Shown here piece after piece: positions 39,037 through 50,072 of a DNA stretch of 64,000 nt (position 1 is its first letter; every line of letters begins with the position of its first letter). The notes under the pieces were generated by a model. The model made no database searches. It saw nothing but the letters and a program-made list of their open reading frames with translations, and was not told the DNA's origin. A program made the translations under genes and the position numbers. The stretch is from a virus (Duplodnaviria > Caudoviricetes), in IMG/VR virus record IMGVR_UViG_3300044678_002325, positions 14,751 through 78,750 of that record; one strand, 5' to 3'.

Positions 39037-39549
39037 TTAGTTATTTGGGTCATCCAATTGTTGAATTAAACCAATTGGGTTTTCTAAATCCCAAGAAGGT
39101 TCTCCAAACATACCTTTACCAAGATTTTTATATAATTTACCCTCAATTAATCCACTTTTATTAAAAGTTCCAACAATAAAATCATATTGACTTATTTCCT
39201 CAGAATTTGAAAAATCAGTTTCAAAATTCAATTGTATTCCATACTGACGATAAGCTCTTTTAAAATATAGTAATCCAACACCTGGTTTGAAATTACCATT
39301 TATCCCAGGTTTTATACCTTTTTGTTCAACACCCTTATTGTTTTTTCGACCCTCAATATCCGTAACACCAGGATAGTATGCCACTTCATCAGAATCTATT
39401 GCCCATCTCAAACTTTCACCTGTGTGGGTTGTTACTTTTTGTTCAAATAGTAATGGTTTGGCATTCCCCAATTTTCCTACTGCCAATTGTTTAAATCTTC
39501 TTGTTTCATTAATTAATGAACTATATTTTTGTTCAAATAAATCTTTCAT
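39037..39549 (-). CDS. hypothetical protein
   Basis: Start at MKDLFEQ; RFKQL...LGNAKPLLFEQ. Confidence 0.7.
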   Translation of the reverse strand: MKDLFEQKYSSLINETRRFKQLAVGKLGNAKPLLFEQKVTTHTGESLRWAIDSDEVAYYPGVTDIEGRKNNKGVEQKGIKPGINGNFKPGVGLLYFKRAYRQYGIQLNFETDFSNSEEISQYDFIVGTFNKSGLIEGKLYKNLGKGMFGEPSWDLENPIGLIQQLDDPNN

Positions 39550-39559
39550 ATTGTTTTTT

Positions 39560-40171
39560 TTATTTTCTTGTATTAAACTTATGGACATTAACCATATCCC
39601 TAAATGTATGAGATTTATGTCTTGGTTCATTTATATTATTGCCACTCACATCTTTCTCATCACTAGCATGTGGTTTATATATTTTATCCAAAACGCCTTG
39701 ATGTATTTGGTTATCCGAATTCATTTGTTTTAATATATCTTCAATATCTACAATTTCTTCATCTTCTTTTGTATTATATGGAGATTCACCAGCAAAACCA
39801 GATTTAATAATATCATCAATCTCGGCATAAATTAATGTACCATCATTTAATTTAACTCCAAATTTAATCCAAGTTGGTTGTTTATTATCAATAGTATCTT
39901 TAATTATGTTACTAACATCATCCATTGTTATATAAGAAACATCTTTACCATATATTGTTTCAATATTACCATCATCATCCATATTCTTCTCTGATGTTAT
40001 TTTTGCAAATAATCTCTCAAGTTCTTTTAATCCATTCTCGCTTAAATTGTTAAGCAATTTTTGATAATCATCGTCATTTAAAAACTTTTTTAATAATGGA
40101 TAATTCTCACTCTCATTGATTAATCTTTTAATCAATTTTTTACATTGGGTTTCACTTAATATAATTTTCAT
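39560..40171 (-). CDS. leader-family protein (type B)
   Basis: MKIILSETQCKKLIKRLINE. Confidence 0.8.
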   Translation of the reverse strand: MKIILSETQCKKLIKRLINESENYPLLKKFLNDDDYQKLLNNLSENGLKELERLFAKITSEKNMDDDGNIETIYGKDVSYITMDDVSNIIKDTIDNKQPTWIKFGVKLNDGTLIYAEIDDIIKSGFAGESPYNTKEDEEIVDIEDILKQMNSDNQIHQGVLDKIYKPHASDEKDVSGNNINEPRHKSHTFRDMVNVHKFNTRK

Positions 40172-40364
40172 AAATATAAATATCTAACAACAAATAAAAA
40201 ATACCCATTCATCTTGGGGATTTCTTATCATCAATAATAGATTTAATTATTTTCTTAAAATCAGTTTCACCTGACATATTTAGTTTATTGGTTATAATAC
40301 TTTTTGTACCTTTTAATTGGTGATATAAATCCCAATCCCAAATTGATTTATTTTCTATTCTCAT

Positions 40365-40829
40365 TTATTTTTTACAATTTTCAATAAATTTATCCTTAAT
40401 TAATTTTCCATATTTTTTATTAATATAATTTGAAAGTAAATAAACAACATTTTCAAATTCAACACTATCATCATCCAAAAAATCATCATAATAATTATTA
40501 TGTAAAAATTCAAGGATGGTTTCTTCAACAACATTTAGAAATGTTTTGGGAGTTTCATATTTTTCACAATAAAAATCCTTATCCTTCTCAAAATTATAAA
40601 TCTTATCCATTTTTTCGTCAATATAATATTTGATAAGTTCTTTAGCCTTCTCATCATCAAATGGTATATTGAATTTATCAATGAGTTTATTAGCCGTAAT
40701 ACCCATAGATTGAGCGACATCCATAATCCCATACTCTTCTATATTGTTTATAATTTCTAGACGGTCCTTATCAAATTTAGACTCAGAAATCAAAAACTTA
40801 TATTGTGACTCACTAATTATTATTCTCAT
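40365..40829 (-). CDS. leader-family protein (type B)
   Basis: MRIIISESQYKFLISE. Confidence 0.8.
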   Translation of the reverse strand: MRIIISESQYKFLISESKFDKDRLEIINNIEEYGIMDVAQSMGITANKLIDKFNIPFDDEKAKELIKYYIDEKMDKIYNFEKDKDFYCEKYETPKTFLNVVEETILEFLHNNYYDDFLDDDSVEFENVVYLLSNYINKKYGKLIKDKFIENCKK

Positions 40830-40836
40830 TTCTTTT

Positions 40837-41439
40837 TTATTTTTTGTTATACAACTTGTCAGTTAACCCATCCAAAATATATTCATCTATAACTTCCCAC
40901 ATTTCAGTATAATAATCATCATCAGATATGTAATCAGGTTCAAATTCCCATTCATCATCCCTACCAGAAGAATATTGAGATAGTCTTCCAGTTAATTCAA
41001 AAAACCTCCCATCAGCCAATGATTTCATTAATGTAACATCATACTCATCACCATCCTTGTCATATTCAACTTTAGCGGAAAATTCTTTTTCAAATTTGAA
41101 TTGAGCATTATTATATCGCCAAGGTAGTTGTTCTCTTATCTTTGAAAGATAATCATCATAAAAATAAGTTTTTTCACCCTCCATTAAGATATAAATTGTT
41201 CCACCCTTAATCTCAACATCTTTATACGACCCATCCAATAACTCATCACAAATTTTCTTAACCTCATTTGTAAATACATCATCAAATGATGAACCCAATT
41301 TTTTGAGGACAATGTCCTCACCAATATTTTCAAATATGTGTTTCAATCCAAATGTTTGAATTAATTCTATCATCTTATCCTTAAATGACTTATCCTCCAA
41401 TATCAATCTATACTGACGTTCAGTTATTATTATTTTCAT
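40837..41439 (-). CDS. leader-family protein (type B)
   Basis: MKIIITERQYRLILE. Confidence 0.8.
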   Translation of the reverse strand: MKIIITERQYRLILEDKSFKDKMIELIQTFGLKHIFENIGEDIVLKKLGSSFDDVFTNEVKKICDELLDGSYKDVEIKGGTIYILMEGEKTYFYDDYLSKIREQLPWRYNNAQFKFEKEFSAKVEYDKDGDEYDVTLMKSLADGRFFELTGRLSQYSSGRDDEWEFEPDYISDDDYYTEMWEVIDEYILDGLTDKLYNKK

Positions 41440-42614
41440 AATTTTCTAAGTATCTTTCTAATTGTTTCACTTAAACTTGATGGTTTACCAACACCACCAT
41501 CACCAGAACTAGGTTTTGATGGTGTATTATTCCCACCCTTTATTGTTGGTTCATATTCAACATTCGGTTCTGTATAAATCTTAGGTCCTGAAAAATCAAA
41601 AGGAGGGTCATCGTCATCACAATCCCAATATCCTTTTCTACAACAATTAAGATATTTTCTAGCAATTCGCATAATTTCTTGCGCTTTATTATAATCAGGG
41701 TCTTTTATTACACTACTTTCATCATACTTTGGTGTAAATATCTTTTCAATTTTTTTATCAATGAATTCTGACCTCTTCTTTTTAATTTTATCTAAACTTA
41801 TCCCAGTTTCATCAGAAAACATTTTTGCAAATTCGTAAAATTTGTTAATAGATAAATAACGATATTTTTTAATAAAATCGTTTATTTTCTCCTCATCACT
41901 ATCAGATGGAAGACTTCTTTCTGGCGGAGAATCTTTAGTACGCTTATATTTTATTCTTAGTTGGTCAACTTTAGCACTACCAGTACTATATAAAATTCTA
42001 AACATCCTATAATACTCTTTTGTACAAAACTTTTTATCTAAAGACACTTCTTTTAATTCAAATAAAAATTTATAAGCATCCTCAAATGTGTCATAAATTG
42101 GGGTATCTTCAAACGTAATTTGTTTTGGTTCATTGATACTTACTTTTGGTTGTTTGATTTCTTTTTTAGGTTCATTTGTTATTATCCCAGATTCCTTTTT
42201 TACCACATCCCAATCAATGTAATCTTCGTGTTTACATATTTCAGGTTTTTTACGTTCTAATTCATACTTAAATTGACAATATAAATTATGCCAAGAATCA
42301 ATAGACCTTGAATCCCTATAAAAAAACGCATAAATGAAATTATCCTCAAAATCACTATTATCAAACATATTTTCGGCCTCATATTCATTATCTCTAATAG
42401 AATCCAAAACATATTTAATCATATGTTCCAATGGGAAATTAGGATGTTTATGTTCCTTTGTTGTTTTTTGTTTTTCAAGATTAGAAATAAAAGATGAAAA
42501 ATATTCTTTGATACGACCCACCATATCTAACACATCATTAAATGTGTAATTATGTCCTTCTTTTAATACTTTAACCATTTTGGTTAACTGAGATTCAGTT
42601 AATTTTATTTTCAT
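41436..42614 (-). CDS. leader-family protein
   Basis: MKIKLTESQLTKMVKVLKE; C-terminal LSETIRKILRKL. Confidence 0.8.
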   Translation of the reverse strand: MKIKLTESQLTKMVKVLKEGHNYTFNDVLDMVGRIKEYFSSFISNLEKQKTTKEHKHPNFPLEHMIKYVLDSIRDNEYEAENMFDNSDFEDNFIYAFFYRDSRSIDSWHNLYCQFKYELERKKPEICKHEDYIDWDVVKKESGIITNEPKKEIKQPKVSINEPKQITFEDTPIYDTFEDAYKFLFELKEVSLDKKFCTKEYYRMFRILYSTGSAKVDQLRIKYKRTKDSPPERSLPSDSDEEKINDFIKKYRYLSINKFYEFAKMFSDETGISLDKIKKKRSEFIDKKIEKIFTPKYDESSVIKDPDYNKAQEIMRIARKYLNCCRKGYWDCDDDDPPFDFSGPKIYTEPNVEYEPTIKGGNNTPSKPSSGDGGVGKPSSLSETIRKILRKL

Positions 42615-42693
42615 ATTATAATTTTAATATAAATATATCAAAAAAAAATCCCCACCTTAAAGATGGGGATATATTTTATACTTTTGAATTTTC

Positions 42694-43089
42694 TTATAAA
42701 GCATATTCATTAAAATAAAATCTGTCTAAATTACTTAACCTATTTCCAAATTCACGTCTATTTTTACCATAATTATATCTCCCATTATTATCAACCCAAA
42801 CTTTAACCAAATTATGTCCCTTATTTTTAATAACTATTAAAGTCATATTCCAGTTTTCACCATATCTTTCTCCACCCTCATCTTTTTCAGTTATTGATTC
42901 AGATGATACATTATCTTCATTCAAATCAAATAACTCTATAACCTTATCTTTCAAGGAATATTCACTTATATAATCTAAATTGGACTGAATCCAATCATCT
43001 AATTCCTCAACCTCTCCGTAACTTTCTTTTATTATTCTTTTTACCATTCTAATTAAATCAGATTCCGTTAATCTTACTATTTTTTTCAT
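42694..43089 (-). CDS. leader-family protein (type A)
   Basis: MKKIVRLTESDLIRMVKRIIKE. Confidence 0.8.
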   Translation of the reverse strand: MKKIVRLTESDLIRMVKRIIKESYGEVEELDDWIQSNLDYISEYSLKDKVIELFDLNEDNVSSESITEKDEGGERYGENWNMTLIVIKNKGHNLVKVWVDNNGRYNYGKNRREFGNRLSNLDRFYFNEYAL

Positions 43090-43114
43090 ATTTTTTTAAT
43101 TTAAAATAAATATT

Positions 43115-43609
43115 TTATACTTTTGAAAAATATACATTACCACTAGGTTTATTGATAAATTCATTTATATTTAATTCACATCTGTATTCTATTTTTGTAT
43201 CCTCATATTCTAATATATAATTTGTCGCAAAACTTTCTAGGATTTGTTGGTAATATAAGTCTAACTCATTTTTTAGTTTTTTTGTCTCTGACATATTAAC
43301 TTCACTTTTAACCTTACTATACCCTAAAATAAAATACATATGTTGATTGTAATCCTCCTTCCATCTTTCTAAATAAGAATCAGGAATCTGTGTTTCAGAT
43401 GTAAGTATATCTTTATTTAAATAAAACTTATTAACATCATCCAAGTCAACAATTAAATCAATAAATATTATTGACCCATATTCATATGCTTTTTCTCCTA
43501 ACTCCCACCCAGTAATAAAATCATAATCAGATGATAATGCCTTAACAGCCATATTAATACCTTTAAGCTGTTTATTACTAAAGTCTTCGTTAATTCTATA
43601 TGATTTCAT
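43115..43609 (-). CDS. hypothetical protein
   Basis: 164 aa; TATTTATA upstream. Confidence 0.75.
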   Translation of the reverse strand: MKSYRINEDFSNKQLKGINMAVKALSSDYDFITGWELGEKAYEYGSIIFIDLIVDLDDVNKFYLNKDILTSETQIPDSYLERWKEDYNQHMYFILGYSKVKSEVNMSETKKLKNELDLYYQQILESFATNYILEYEDTKIEYRCELNINEFINKPSGNVYFSKV

Positions 43610-43627
43610 TTTTTATTTATAAATACA

Positions 43628-44416
43628 TCAATCTTTTTTATACTTTATTAATTCAGGATAATCATTTAATAAGTCTTTATCAAATTTAATAAAATTAACA
43701 TCATTATAATTGTCATCAACAATTTTAACAATGTCTTTATCAGTTCCCTTATATATCGCAAATATTCTTGACGATATCTCACCATCAATATAAAAACTAT
43801 AAAAATCTGGGTCTTTAATAAGTTTTGTCCAAATTCTTTGAGACTCCGCACTGACATTGGAGGTTGAACTACCCCATCCCAAATATTTTATGAATTCTTG
43901 ATATATCAAATAACCCAATCCAGTCCCCATTAAAATTGATGGCAATCCACCAATAAAATGTATCCTATTTCTAGGTTCACCCTCAGTTTCAATCACAACA
44001 CCCCAATCATTCAATATCTCATCAACATTCTTTATTATCCCCCTATTTGTTTTTTTCATTGCGGGAATCTCCAAACCATAATGCTCATTCCCATACAAAC
44101 CACCATTTTCAAAATTAACCCTAGATGGAAAATGCTTAATCCCAAAATTTGGGGGAAATTTAACATCATACGAATTTTTACCTTTAGTTATAAACTTCAA
44201 TCCATACGGTTCACTACGAGTAATCGGTTCATCCTTGAAAACATTACCATAATCCTTTGCAAAAGTGTCATCCAAATGCTTTTTCCTATAATAGTCGGTA
44301 TTAGGTTTCTCCAAATATGTGCCCTCAATGTCAATCTCATCTATTTCACCCTCATTAATAACCCTCTTAATCAATTTAACCAATTCACCCTCAGTTAATC
44401 TTATAATTCTTTTCAT
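43628..44416 (-). CDS. leader-family protein (type A) with GNAT-like C-terminal region
   Basis: MKRIIRLTEGEL leader; LMGTGLGYLIY...SAESQRIW. Confidence 0.7.
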   Translation of the reverse strand: MKRIIRLTEGELVKLIKRVINEGEIDEIDIEGTYLEKPNTDYYRKKHLDDTFAKDYGNVFKDEPITRSEPYGLKFITKGKNSYDVKFPPNFGIKHFPSRVNFENGGLYGNEHYGLEIPAMKKTNRGIIKNVDEILNDWGVVIETEGEPRNRIHFIGGLPSILMGTGLGYLIYQEFIKYLGWGSSTSNVSAESQRIWTKLIKDPDFYSFYIDGEISSRIFAIYKGTDKDIVKIVDDNYNDVNFIKFDKDLLNDYPELIKYKKD

Positions 44417-44420
44417 AATC

Positions 44421-44463
44421 TAATTTTAATATAAATATTATTAAAAAGGGGTTGGGGATTGAT
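44421..44463. repeat. intergenic repeat AATTTTAATATAAATAT...AAAAGGGGTTGGGGATTGAT
   Basis: Near copies at ~45917-45963 and ~46921-46968; partial copy at ~42620. Confidence 0.8.
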
Positions 44464-45911
44464 TACGACCGAAGGGAGAGATAATTTTCTTTACCCAAAT
44501 TACCCAAATTTTTAATAAATCCTTTTTCAGTCTCACCAATGAAATTCAAAAATTTATAGAAATCATTTTTATTGGTTTTCAAATAGTATATTCCAAATAA
44601 ATCAATTAAATCGGAGTTTTCCATAAATTCATTTTTAATATCCTTTTTAATAAATTTTTCAACAAAAAACATTTCAGGGATTTTATTATAACCAATTTCA
44701 TTTAATAATTCCAAATCATAATAAAAACGATATTGTCTTGGATTGGATTTAATCAACATCAAAATAAATCTATTAATGTCCAATTCCAATAGGTAATCAA
44801 ACTTATTTTTATTTTCTCCCTTAATTAATTCGTAATCCCCACTTGAAAATTTTGAAAAAATATCTTGATTTGGATTATTCTTACGAAGTTTAAAAAATGT
44901 TTCTAACCTTTCATCCAAAATTTTATTATACCTATTCAACAATTTACCATCTTGTTTTATTAATTCAACTTGATTATTTGTTAATGAAACCCCAAGATTC
45001 ATATACTTATTCTTCAAATCCGATGGTAAACTCTGAAATTGTTTATCCGTTAATGTATTAATTAAATTTACATAAACATCAATATAATATTCCTTATCCT
45101 TATAACTTAATTTGGAAAACTCCTCATCATTTAATCCATCCTTAAATCTTTCATATTTTCCCTTCTCATCATCACCCAATGGAACATTCTTAAAGTAATC
45201 CTTTAACCCATTTAATTCTGGGGCAATTCCCAATATTTTTTCCCAACTCATTTTTTTATCCCCATCATTCAATGCCGATGTAACAACATATTCACCACCC
45301 TTCAAAACTTGTATAACAAAGAAATGCCACTTATCCCTAAAATCGCCTTCAAACTTTTTTCCAGATGTATTCCAATAATTAAATTCATTATCAGTCGCAC
45401 CCTTCCTCTTAATAAAATAAAATGATGGTTCAGTTTTACCCATCCTATATCTCATATACATATTTGAAGAATCACTCCTAGATACACACCAACTATATGG
45501 TCTATTCCCCTTATACTCAACACAGGATTGTCTATTTGGTGCATAATATATCGTAACATTATTATTCTCAAATATCGGTTTCCCATCAACCTTTATATCC
45601 TCAAAATTTGCTGAACCAAAATTCCTCTGTCCAGCCATATAATCAACAACCAACTCCAATTCCTTGAATGTCTTATATTGGTCAATGTCATATCTTTTCA
45701 TCCCCTTCTCAATATTCAATCCATCCAAATCAGCATTCTCCAATTCCTTATACTTCTTATCCTTAATCTCCCTAAAATCATTCAAGTACTTATCAACAAT
45801 TCCCTCATCATTACCCTGTTGAATAAATTTATTTTTCTGTGTCTTGAAATCTTCATTAATTACCCCATTAATTAATTTCCTCAATTGAGATTCCGTTATT
45901 ATTATTTTCAT
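44463..45911 (-). CDS. leader-family protein (type B)
   Basis: MKIIITESQLRKLI..VINE; YSWCVS motif. Confidence 0.8.
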   Translation of the reverse strand: MKIIITESQLRKLINGVINEDFKTQKNKFIQQGNDEGIVDKYLNDFREIKDKKYKELENADLDGLNIEKGMKRYDIDQYKTFKELELVVDYMAGQRNFGSANFEDIKVDGKPIFENNNVTIYYAPNRQSCVEYKGNRPYSWCVSRSDSSNMYMRYRMGKTEPSFYFIKRKGATDNEFNYWNTSGKKFEGDFRDKWHFFVIQVLKGGEYVVTSALNDGDKKMSWEKILGIAPELNGLKDYFKNVPLGDDEKGKYERFKDGLNDEEFSKLSYKDKEYYIDVYVNLINTLTDKQFQSLPSDLKNKYMNLGVSLTNNQVELIKQDGKLLNRYNKILDERLETFFKLRKNNPNQDIFSKFSSGDYELIKGENKNKFDYLLELDINRFILMLIKSNPRQYRFYYDLELLNEIGYNKIPEMFFVEKFIKKDIKNEFMENSDLIDLFGIYYLKTNKNDFYKFLNFIGETEKGFIKNLGNLGKENYLSLRS

Positions 45912-46016
45912 ATATTAATTTTAATATAAATATATCAACTTAAAAAGGGGTTGGGGATTGATATCGAGTATAACGAGAGAAAAAAATATCCCCACTATAA
46001 AAATGGGGATAATATA

Positions 46017-46916
46017 TTATTTCATTACAAACTTCCTAAACATAACCAAAAAATCAATAAAATCTTTATCAAATAATTTCTTCTCAATTCCAAAGTCATG
46101 CAACGAATAAATGTAATCATATAAATATTTTTTATCATATATCTTATCCTGTCCCAATACCTTAATCATTCGTTTCCCCATCCTATCGGATATTGGCTTA
46201 TCATAATAAATGTGTTTTTTATAATCATTCTTTTCCACATAATACTTTAACCTATCCATATTCCTATCAATAATAGTTTTATACTCCTCATATTCAGCAT
46301 CCCCCAAATTCTCAAATAAGAAATCATAAAATAACTTCTCCAATGTATCAAAGGTTACATTCCACTCATATATCCCAACACTTAATTCATCATCACTTTG
46401 AAATGGGGTGTTCTTATATGGTAATATCATTTCCTTTTTAAATTCACCACCCTCAACCCACTTAGGATATTTCTTTTTTAATTCATCAATTAATTTGGAA
46501 ATCATTTCCACAATCCTACCCTCAAAAATTAGAGCCTTTTTATAACGACTACCTTTAACATAAATATTACTTTCTTCATTGTTAATGTGTATGTAAATGT
46601 GAAATAAATGCTCCCATAAAGCTGTTAAAGGGTTGTCATCATCACCACCAATAGAACTAGCATCAATATAAGTACTAACATAAAATAAAGAATTAATCTT
46701 TTTTCTATTCTCCTTATTATCTTCCAATTCATAAAATTCAATTATTGAATCAATAATAACTTTGGTAACTTTATAAGTTATTTCCTTTTCTGTTGAATCA
46801 CCAACCAATAATTTATTCAAAAACTCAATTAATTTATTTGAAATAAATGTCTTTGCATCGTAATTGTCCAATGACATTAATTCATTTAATTGCCTCTCCG
46901 TTATTATAATTTTCAT
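46017..46916 (-). CDS. leader-family protein (type B)
   Basis: MKIIITERQLNE. Confidence 0.8.
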   Translation of the reverse strand: MKIIITERQLNELMSLDNYDAKTFISNKLIEFLNKLLVGDSTEKEITYKVTKVIIDSIIEFYELEDNKENRKKINSLFYVSTYIDASSIGGDDDNPLTALWEHLFHIYIHINNEESNIYVKGSRYKKALIFEGRIVEMISKLIDELKKKYPKWVEGGEFKKEMILPYKNTPFQSDDELSVGIYEWNVTFDTLEKLFYDFLFENLGDAEYEEYKTIIDRNMDRLKYYVEKNDYKKHIYYDKPISDRMGKRMIKVLGQDKIYDKKYLYDYIYSLHDFGIEKKLFDKDFIDFLVMFRKFVMK

Positions 46917-47030
46917 ATGTAATTTTAATATAAATATATCAATTTAAAAAGGGGTTGGGGGATTGATAACGAGGAAAAAAAATATCCCCACTCCTAATAT
47001 ATGAAATGGGGTTCAATTTTCATATTTTAT

Positions 47031-47561
47031 TTATCCACTAATTTCTTGAATATCCTCTAAAATACTATTCAAAAAAGAATTTAGTACTTCTTTATCTAAA
47101 TCGTAAGATGTACTTTCTGATTCATACTTTTCATCTGAATATCCCCAAGGGTCAGTTTCTATAAATACTCCACCACTTTTATCAATCTCAATAATATCCA
47201 CTTGTCTATTATCATATCCCCTACAACCTAATGAAATTGTATCGTTATTTTCACTACAAAATATAATTAATTCTTTGTTGACATACTCAATTTGATATCC
47301 AAAATTATCATAATATTCATAATCAGTGACTTCACCAAATTCATATGATAATTCATTTTCGAAAAAATCTTTTATTTTTTCAATAATCATTTTCATAATA
47401 GGATAAGATGAATTAGTATAATCATCATCATAAACAATTGATTCAAATTCTGTTTCTATTTCATTTACCAATTCTTCGAATTGTGGAGAATCCCCCTCTT
47501 TTATAATTTTTTTTACCAATCTGATTAAATCAAATTCCGTTAATCTTACAATTCTTTTCAT
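47031..47561 (-). CDS. leader-family protein (type A)
   Basis: MKRIVRLTEFDLIRLVKKIIKE. Confidence 0.8.
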   Translation of the reverse strand: MKRIVRLTEFDLIRLVKKIIKEGDSPQFEELVNEIETEFESIVYDDDYTNSSYPIMKMIIEKIKDFFENELSYEFGEVTDYEYYDNFGYQIEYVNKELIIFCSENNDTISLGCRGYDNRQVDIIEIDKSGGVFIETDPWGYSDEKYESESTSYDLDKEVLNSFLNSILEDIQEISG

Positions 47562-47604
47562 ATTTTTTTTCATAATTTTTATTATAAATATATAATACCA
47601 ATTT

Positions 47605-47708
47605 CTCAAATTTTTTCCAAAATTTTTTTTTTACATTTTCACTTATATATGGGGTGACTTACTTTTTTACCCAAAAATAAAAAACCCCTCTTCGTGATTG
47701 AGAGGGGG
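47605..47708. repeat. ~100 bp intergenic repeat with terminator
   Basis: Second copy ~48210-48321 (TTACATTTTCACTTATAT...AAAACCCCTCTTCGTGATTGAGAGGGG); partial copy ~49480-49520. Confidence 0.8.
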
Positions 47709-47737
47709 ATATTGAATTATAACTTTTTTAATCCAAC

Positions 47738-48169
47738 TTACCATAATGATTTTGGTTGTTGTTTCTGATGACTACCACCAAAATTAGTGCTAAGACCAAG
47801 ATTTGCAACTGGTTGTTTCCAACTAGGGTCACCATGACTACTATAATGGTGTGTATTATATGAACCACCAACATTTAAATTAATATTATGATGTTTACCT
47901 AATCCAGGAAATTGAATTTCAACGTGTTCACTTTTTGGGTCAATATGAACATGTACTTTGTGTCCAATATCTTCCCAAAAATTATGTTCAGTGTGGTGTG
48001 GCATAATATCTAAATGTTGTTTTAATTCAGGACTACTTGATATCTTATTCCACAATAATTTTTTATCATTTGGAGATATATTAGGTATTGTATTTGGACC
48101 TCCTTCTTTAATTACTCTTTTAACTAATTTAATTAAATCGGACTCAGTTAATCTTATTATTTTTTTCAT
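47738..48169 (-). CDS. leader-family protein (type A), His-rich
   Basis: MKKIIRLTESDLIKLVKRVIKE. Confidence 0.75.
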   Translation of the reverse strand: MKKIIRLTESDLIKLVKRVIKEGGPNTIPNISPNDKKLLWNKISSSPELKQHLDIMPHHTEHNFWEDIGHKVHVHIDPKSEHVEIQFPGLGKHHNINLNVGGSYNTHHYSSHGDPSWKQPVANLGLSTNFGGSHQKQQPKSLW

Positions 48170-48328
48170 ATTTTTTTTTTGATTAATTTATTTGTATATA
48201 TAAATATTTCCCAATTTTCCAAAATTTTTACCATAAATTTTTTTTTACATTTTCACTTATATAAGGGGGGTACTTACTTTTTTACCTAAAATAAAAAACC
48301 CCTCTTCGTGATTGAGAGGGGCTTTTTG

Positions 48329-48706
48329 TTAAAACATATACAAATTATCTTCAAAATAATTTTTTAATCCTCTATATGCTGAAAAAGTTTTTTGTGTAGC
48401 TCTAAATAATCTATCATTAAGTTCAGATAAACCTCTATTTAATGACATTCTCTTTTTTTCTAAATCCGCATTAGGGTTCACTATTGATATGATATGTAAA
48501 ATTCCTGCCATTAATTTATCCTCATCAACATCATTCCAATCATACCTTACATTATATGTAATTTTATTTAAATCTCTTTCTTCTAAGTTATTTATCCTAT
48601 ATATTAGTTCTTCATCAGTTAAAGGTTCATTCCCCATTTCTTCATTGATAATTGATTTAATCAATTTGGTTAAATCACGTTCTGTTAATCTTACTATCTT
48701 CTTCAT
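48329..48706 (-). CDS. leader-family protein (type A)
   Basis: MKKIVRLTERDLTKLIKSIINEE. Confidence 0.8.
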   Translation of the reverse strand: MKKIVRLTERDLTKLIKSIINEEMGNEPLTDEELIYRINNLEERDLNKITYNVRYDWNDVDEDKLMAGILHIISIVNPNADLEKKRMSLNRGLSELNDRLFRATQKTFSAYRGLKNYFEDNLYMF

Positions 48707-48726
48707 TGTTTTTTTTTTTGATTAAT

Positions 48727-49392
48727 TTATTTGTATAGAGCATAGCCAATAGTCGGCATGCCCATAAATGTAAATCGATTAGTCTCCTCAAAACCAAGTC
48801 TAAGCATTAACTTTTGTGCACTAATATTAAGTTCTGAAGTATAACCGTATAATGGATATTTTATAAACCCCTCCTTTAATATAAGCTTAAATGCCTCGGT
48901 CATGATCCCCTTACCTGCATAGTTAATATCGATGCTAAAACCAACAGCATTTGTAAATACTGGATTATTAGGAATATCACTTATTGAAAATAAGCCAACC
49001 GTCACCCCATCATACTTTATTGCCCATAGATGTGTAACATAACTGCTCTTTAAAAATTCTTTAAGCTTGTTACCTCTTTCATCAATAGTACTTCCTGGAA
49101 TATTAGTTACATTAAATCGTGTGTTGTACTTCTCCTTTTGCTCATCTCCATTTATTGCAAAAATAATCTCATTTAATATATCATCCCCTCTCCTAGATAA
49201 ATACTCTACTGAGACTCCGCTCTCATCTTTAGGATCTATATTTTTTATATTATCTAAGTATTTATTTTTGGGTTCTGCATCATAGTCTCCACTATTAACA
49301 TCTTGGTAAGTTACTCTGTCTGGTTGTTCTCTAATTATTCTTTTTACTAATCTAACCAAATCACTTTCAGTTAATCTTACTATTCTTCTCAT
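48727..49392 (-). CDS. leader-family protein (type A) with RimJ/RimL-type GNAT domain
   Basis: VGFSI...YAGKGIMTEA...N.SAQKL..RLGF. Confidence 0.8.
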   Translation of the reverse strand: MRRIVRLTESDLVRLVKRIIREQPDRVTYQDVNSGDYDAEPKNKYLDNIKNIDPKDESGVSVEYLSRRGDDILNEIIFAINGDEQKEKYNTRFNVTNIPGSTIDERGNKLKEFLKSSYVTHLWAIKYDGVTVGLFSISDIPNNPVFTNAVGFSIDINYAGKGIMTEAFKLILKEGFIKYPLYGYTSELNISAQKLMLRLGFEETNRFTFMGMPTIGYALYK

Positions 49393-50003
49393 ATTTTTTT
49401 TTGATTAATTTATTTGTATATATAAATATACCTCATATTATGAAATTTTTCCCAAATTTTTTTTTCATATATGGGCATTTCCCAATTTTCCAAAATTTTT
49501 ACCATAAATTTTTTTTACCCCATATACATTATTTAGGGGATTGTCCCCCCTATATACGGCAAAAAGGCAGGGGGGTAGGGAGGGGGGATACGTGGCTATA
49601 GGGGGGTATATAGACCCCTCCCCCATAGTACTAGGAAGGGGGGATGGTTTAAGTCAAATAAAATAGATAGTCCCCCCTGTGTCAAATTAAACCCTATGAC
49701 AATATGACATACCATCCCCCTTAGTATATGTTATGTATTGTGTATATGGGGGACTGACATAATGTCAATGTAGGTATGTCGTATGTTGTGGGTAAGATGG
49801 GGGGATGAGAACTGACATAATGTCAATGTAGGTATTGGATGTATTACGTATGTGCCGGCATGACAATATGACATACCCAACTTGTTCAATTTTTGCACAA
49901 GTTAAATAAGACAGAATAATGTTTGGTTAAGTATAATAAAAATACGTAGGGGTGATTTGGTATACTGGGAGAATGACAAAATAATATTTTATTATAGTAT
50001 TGG

Positions 50004-50031
50004 GGAACTAAATGGTGTGGTGGATCGTTAT
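50004..50031 (+). promoter_or_regulatory. ECF-sigma-like promoter GGAACT-N16-CGTTAT
   Basis: Third copy of GGAACTAAATG. Confidence 0.55.
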
Positions 50032-50072
50032 AGTATTGTAATGATTATTCACCCACCTATAATACAACTGAT

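Noticed and set aside
49690-49880. Possible mini-CRISPR array
   Set aside because: Two different short repeats with two copies each and irregular spacing; better described as binding-site boxes
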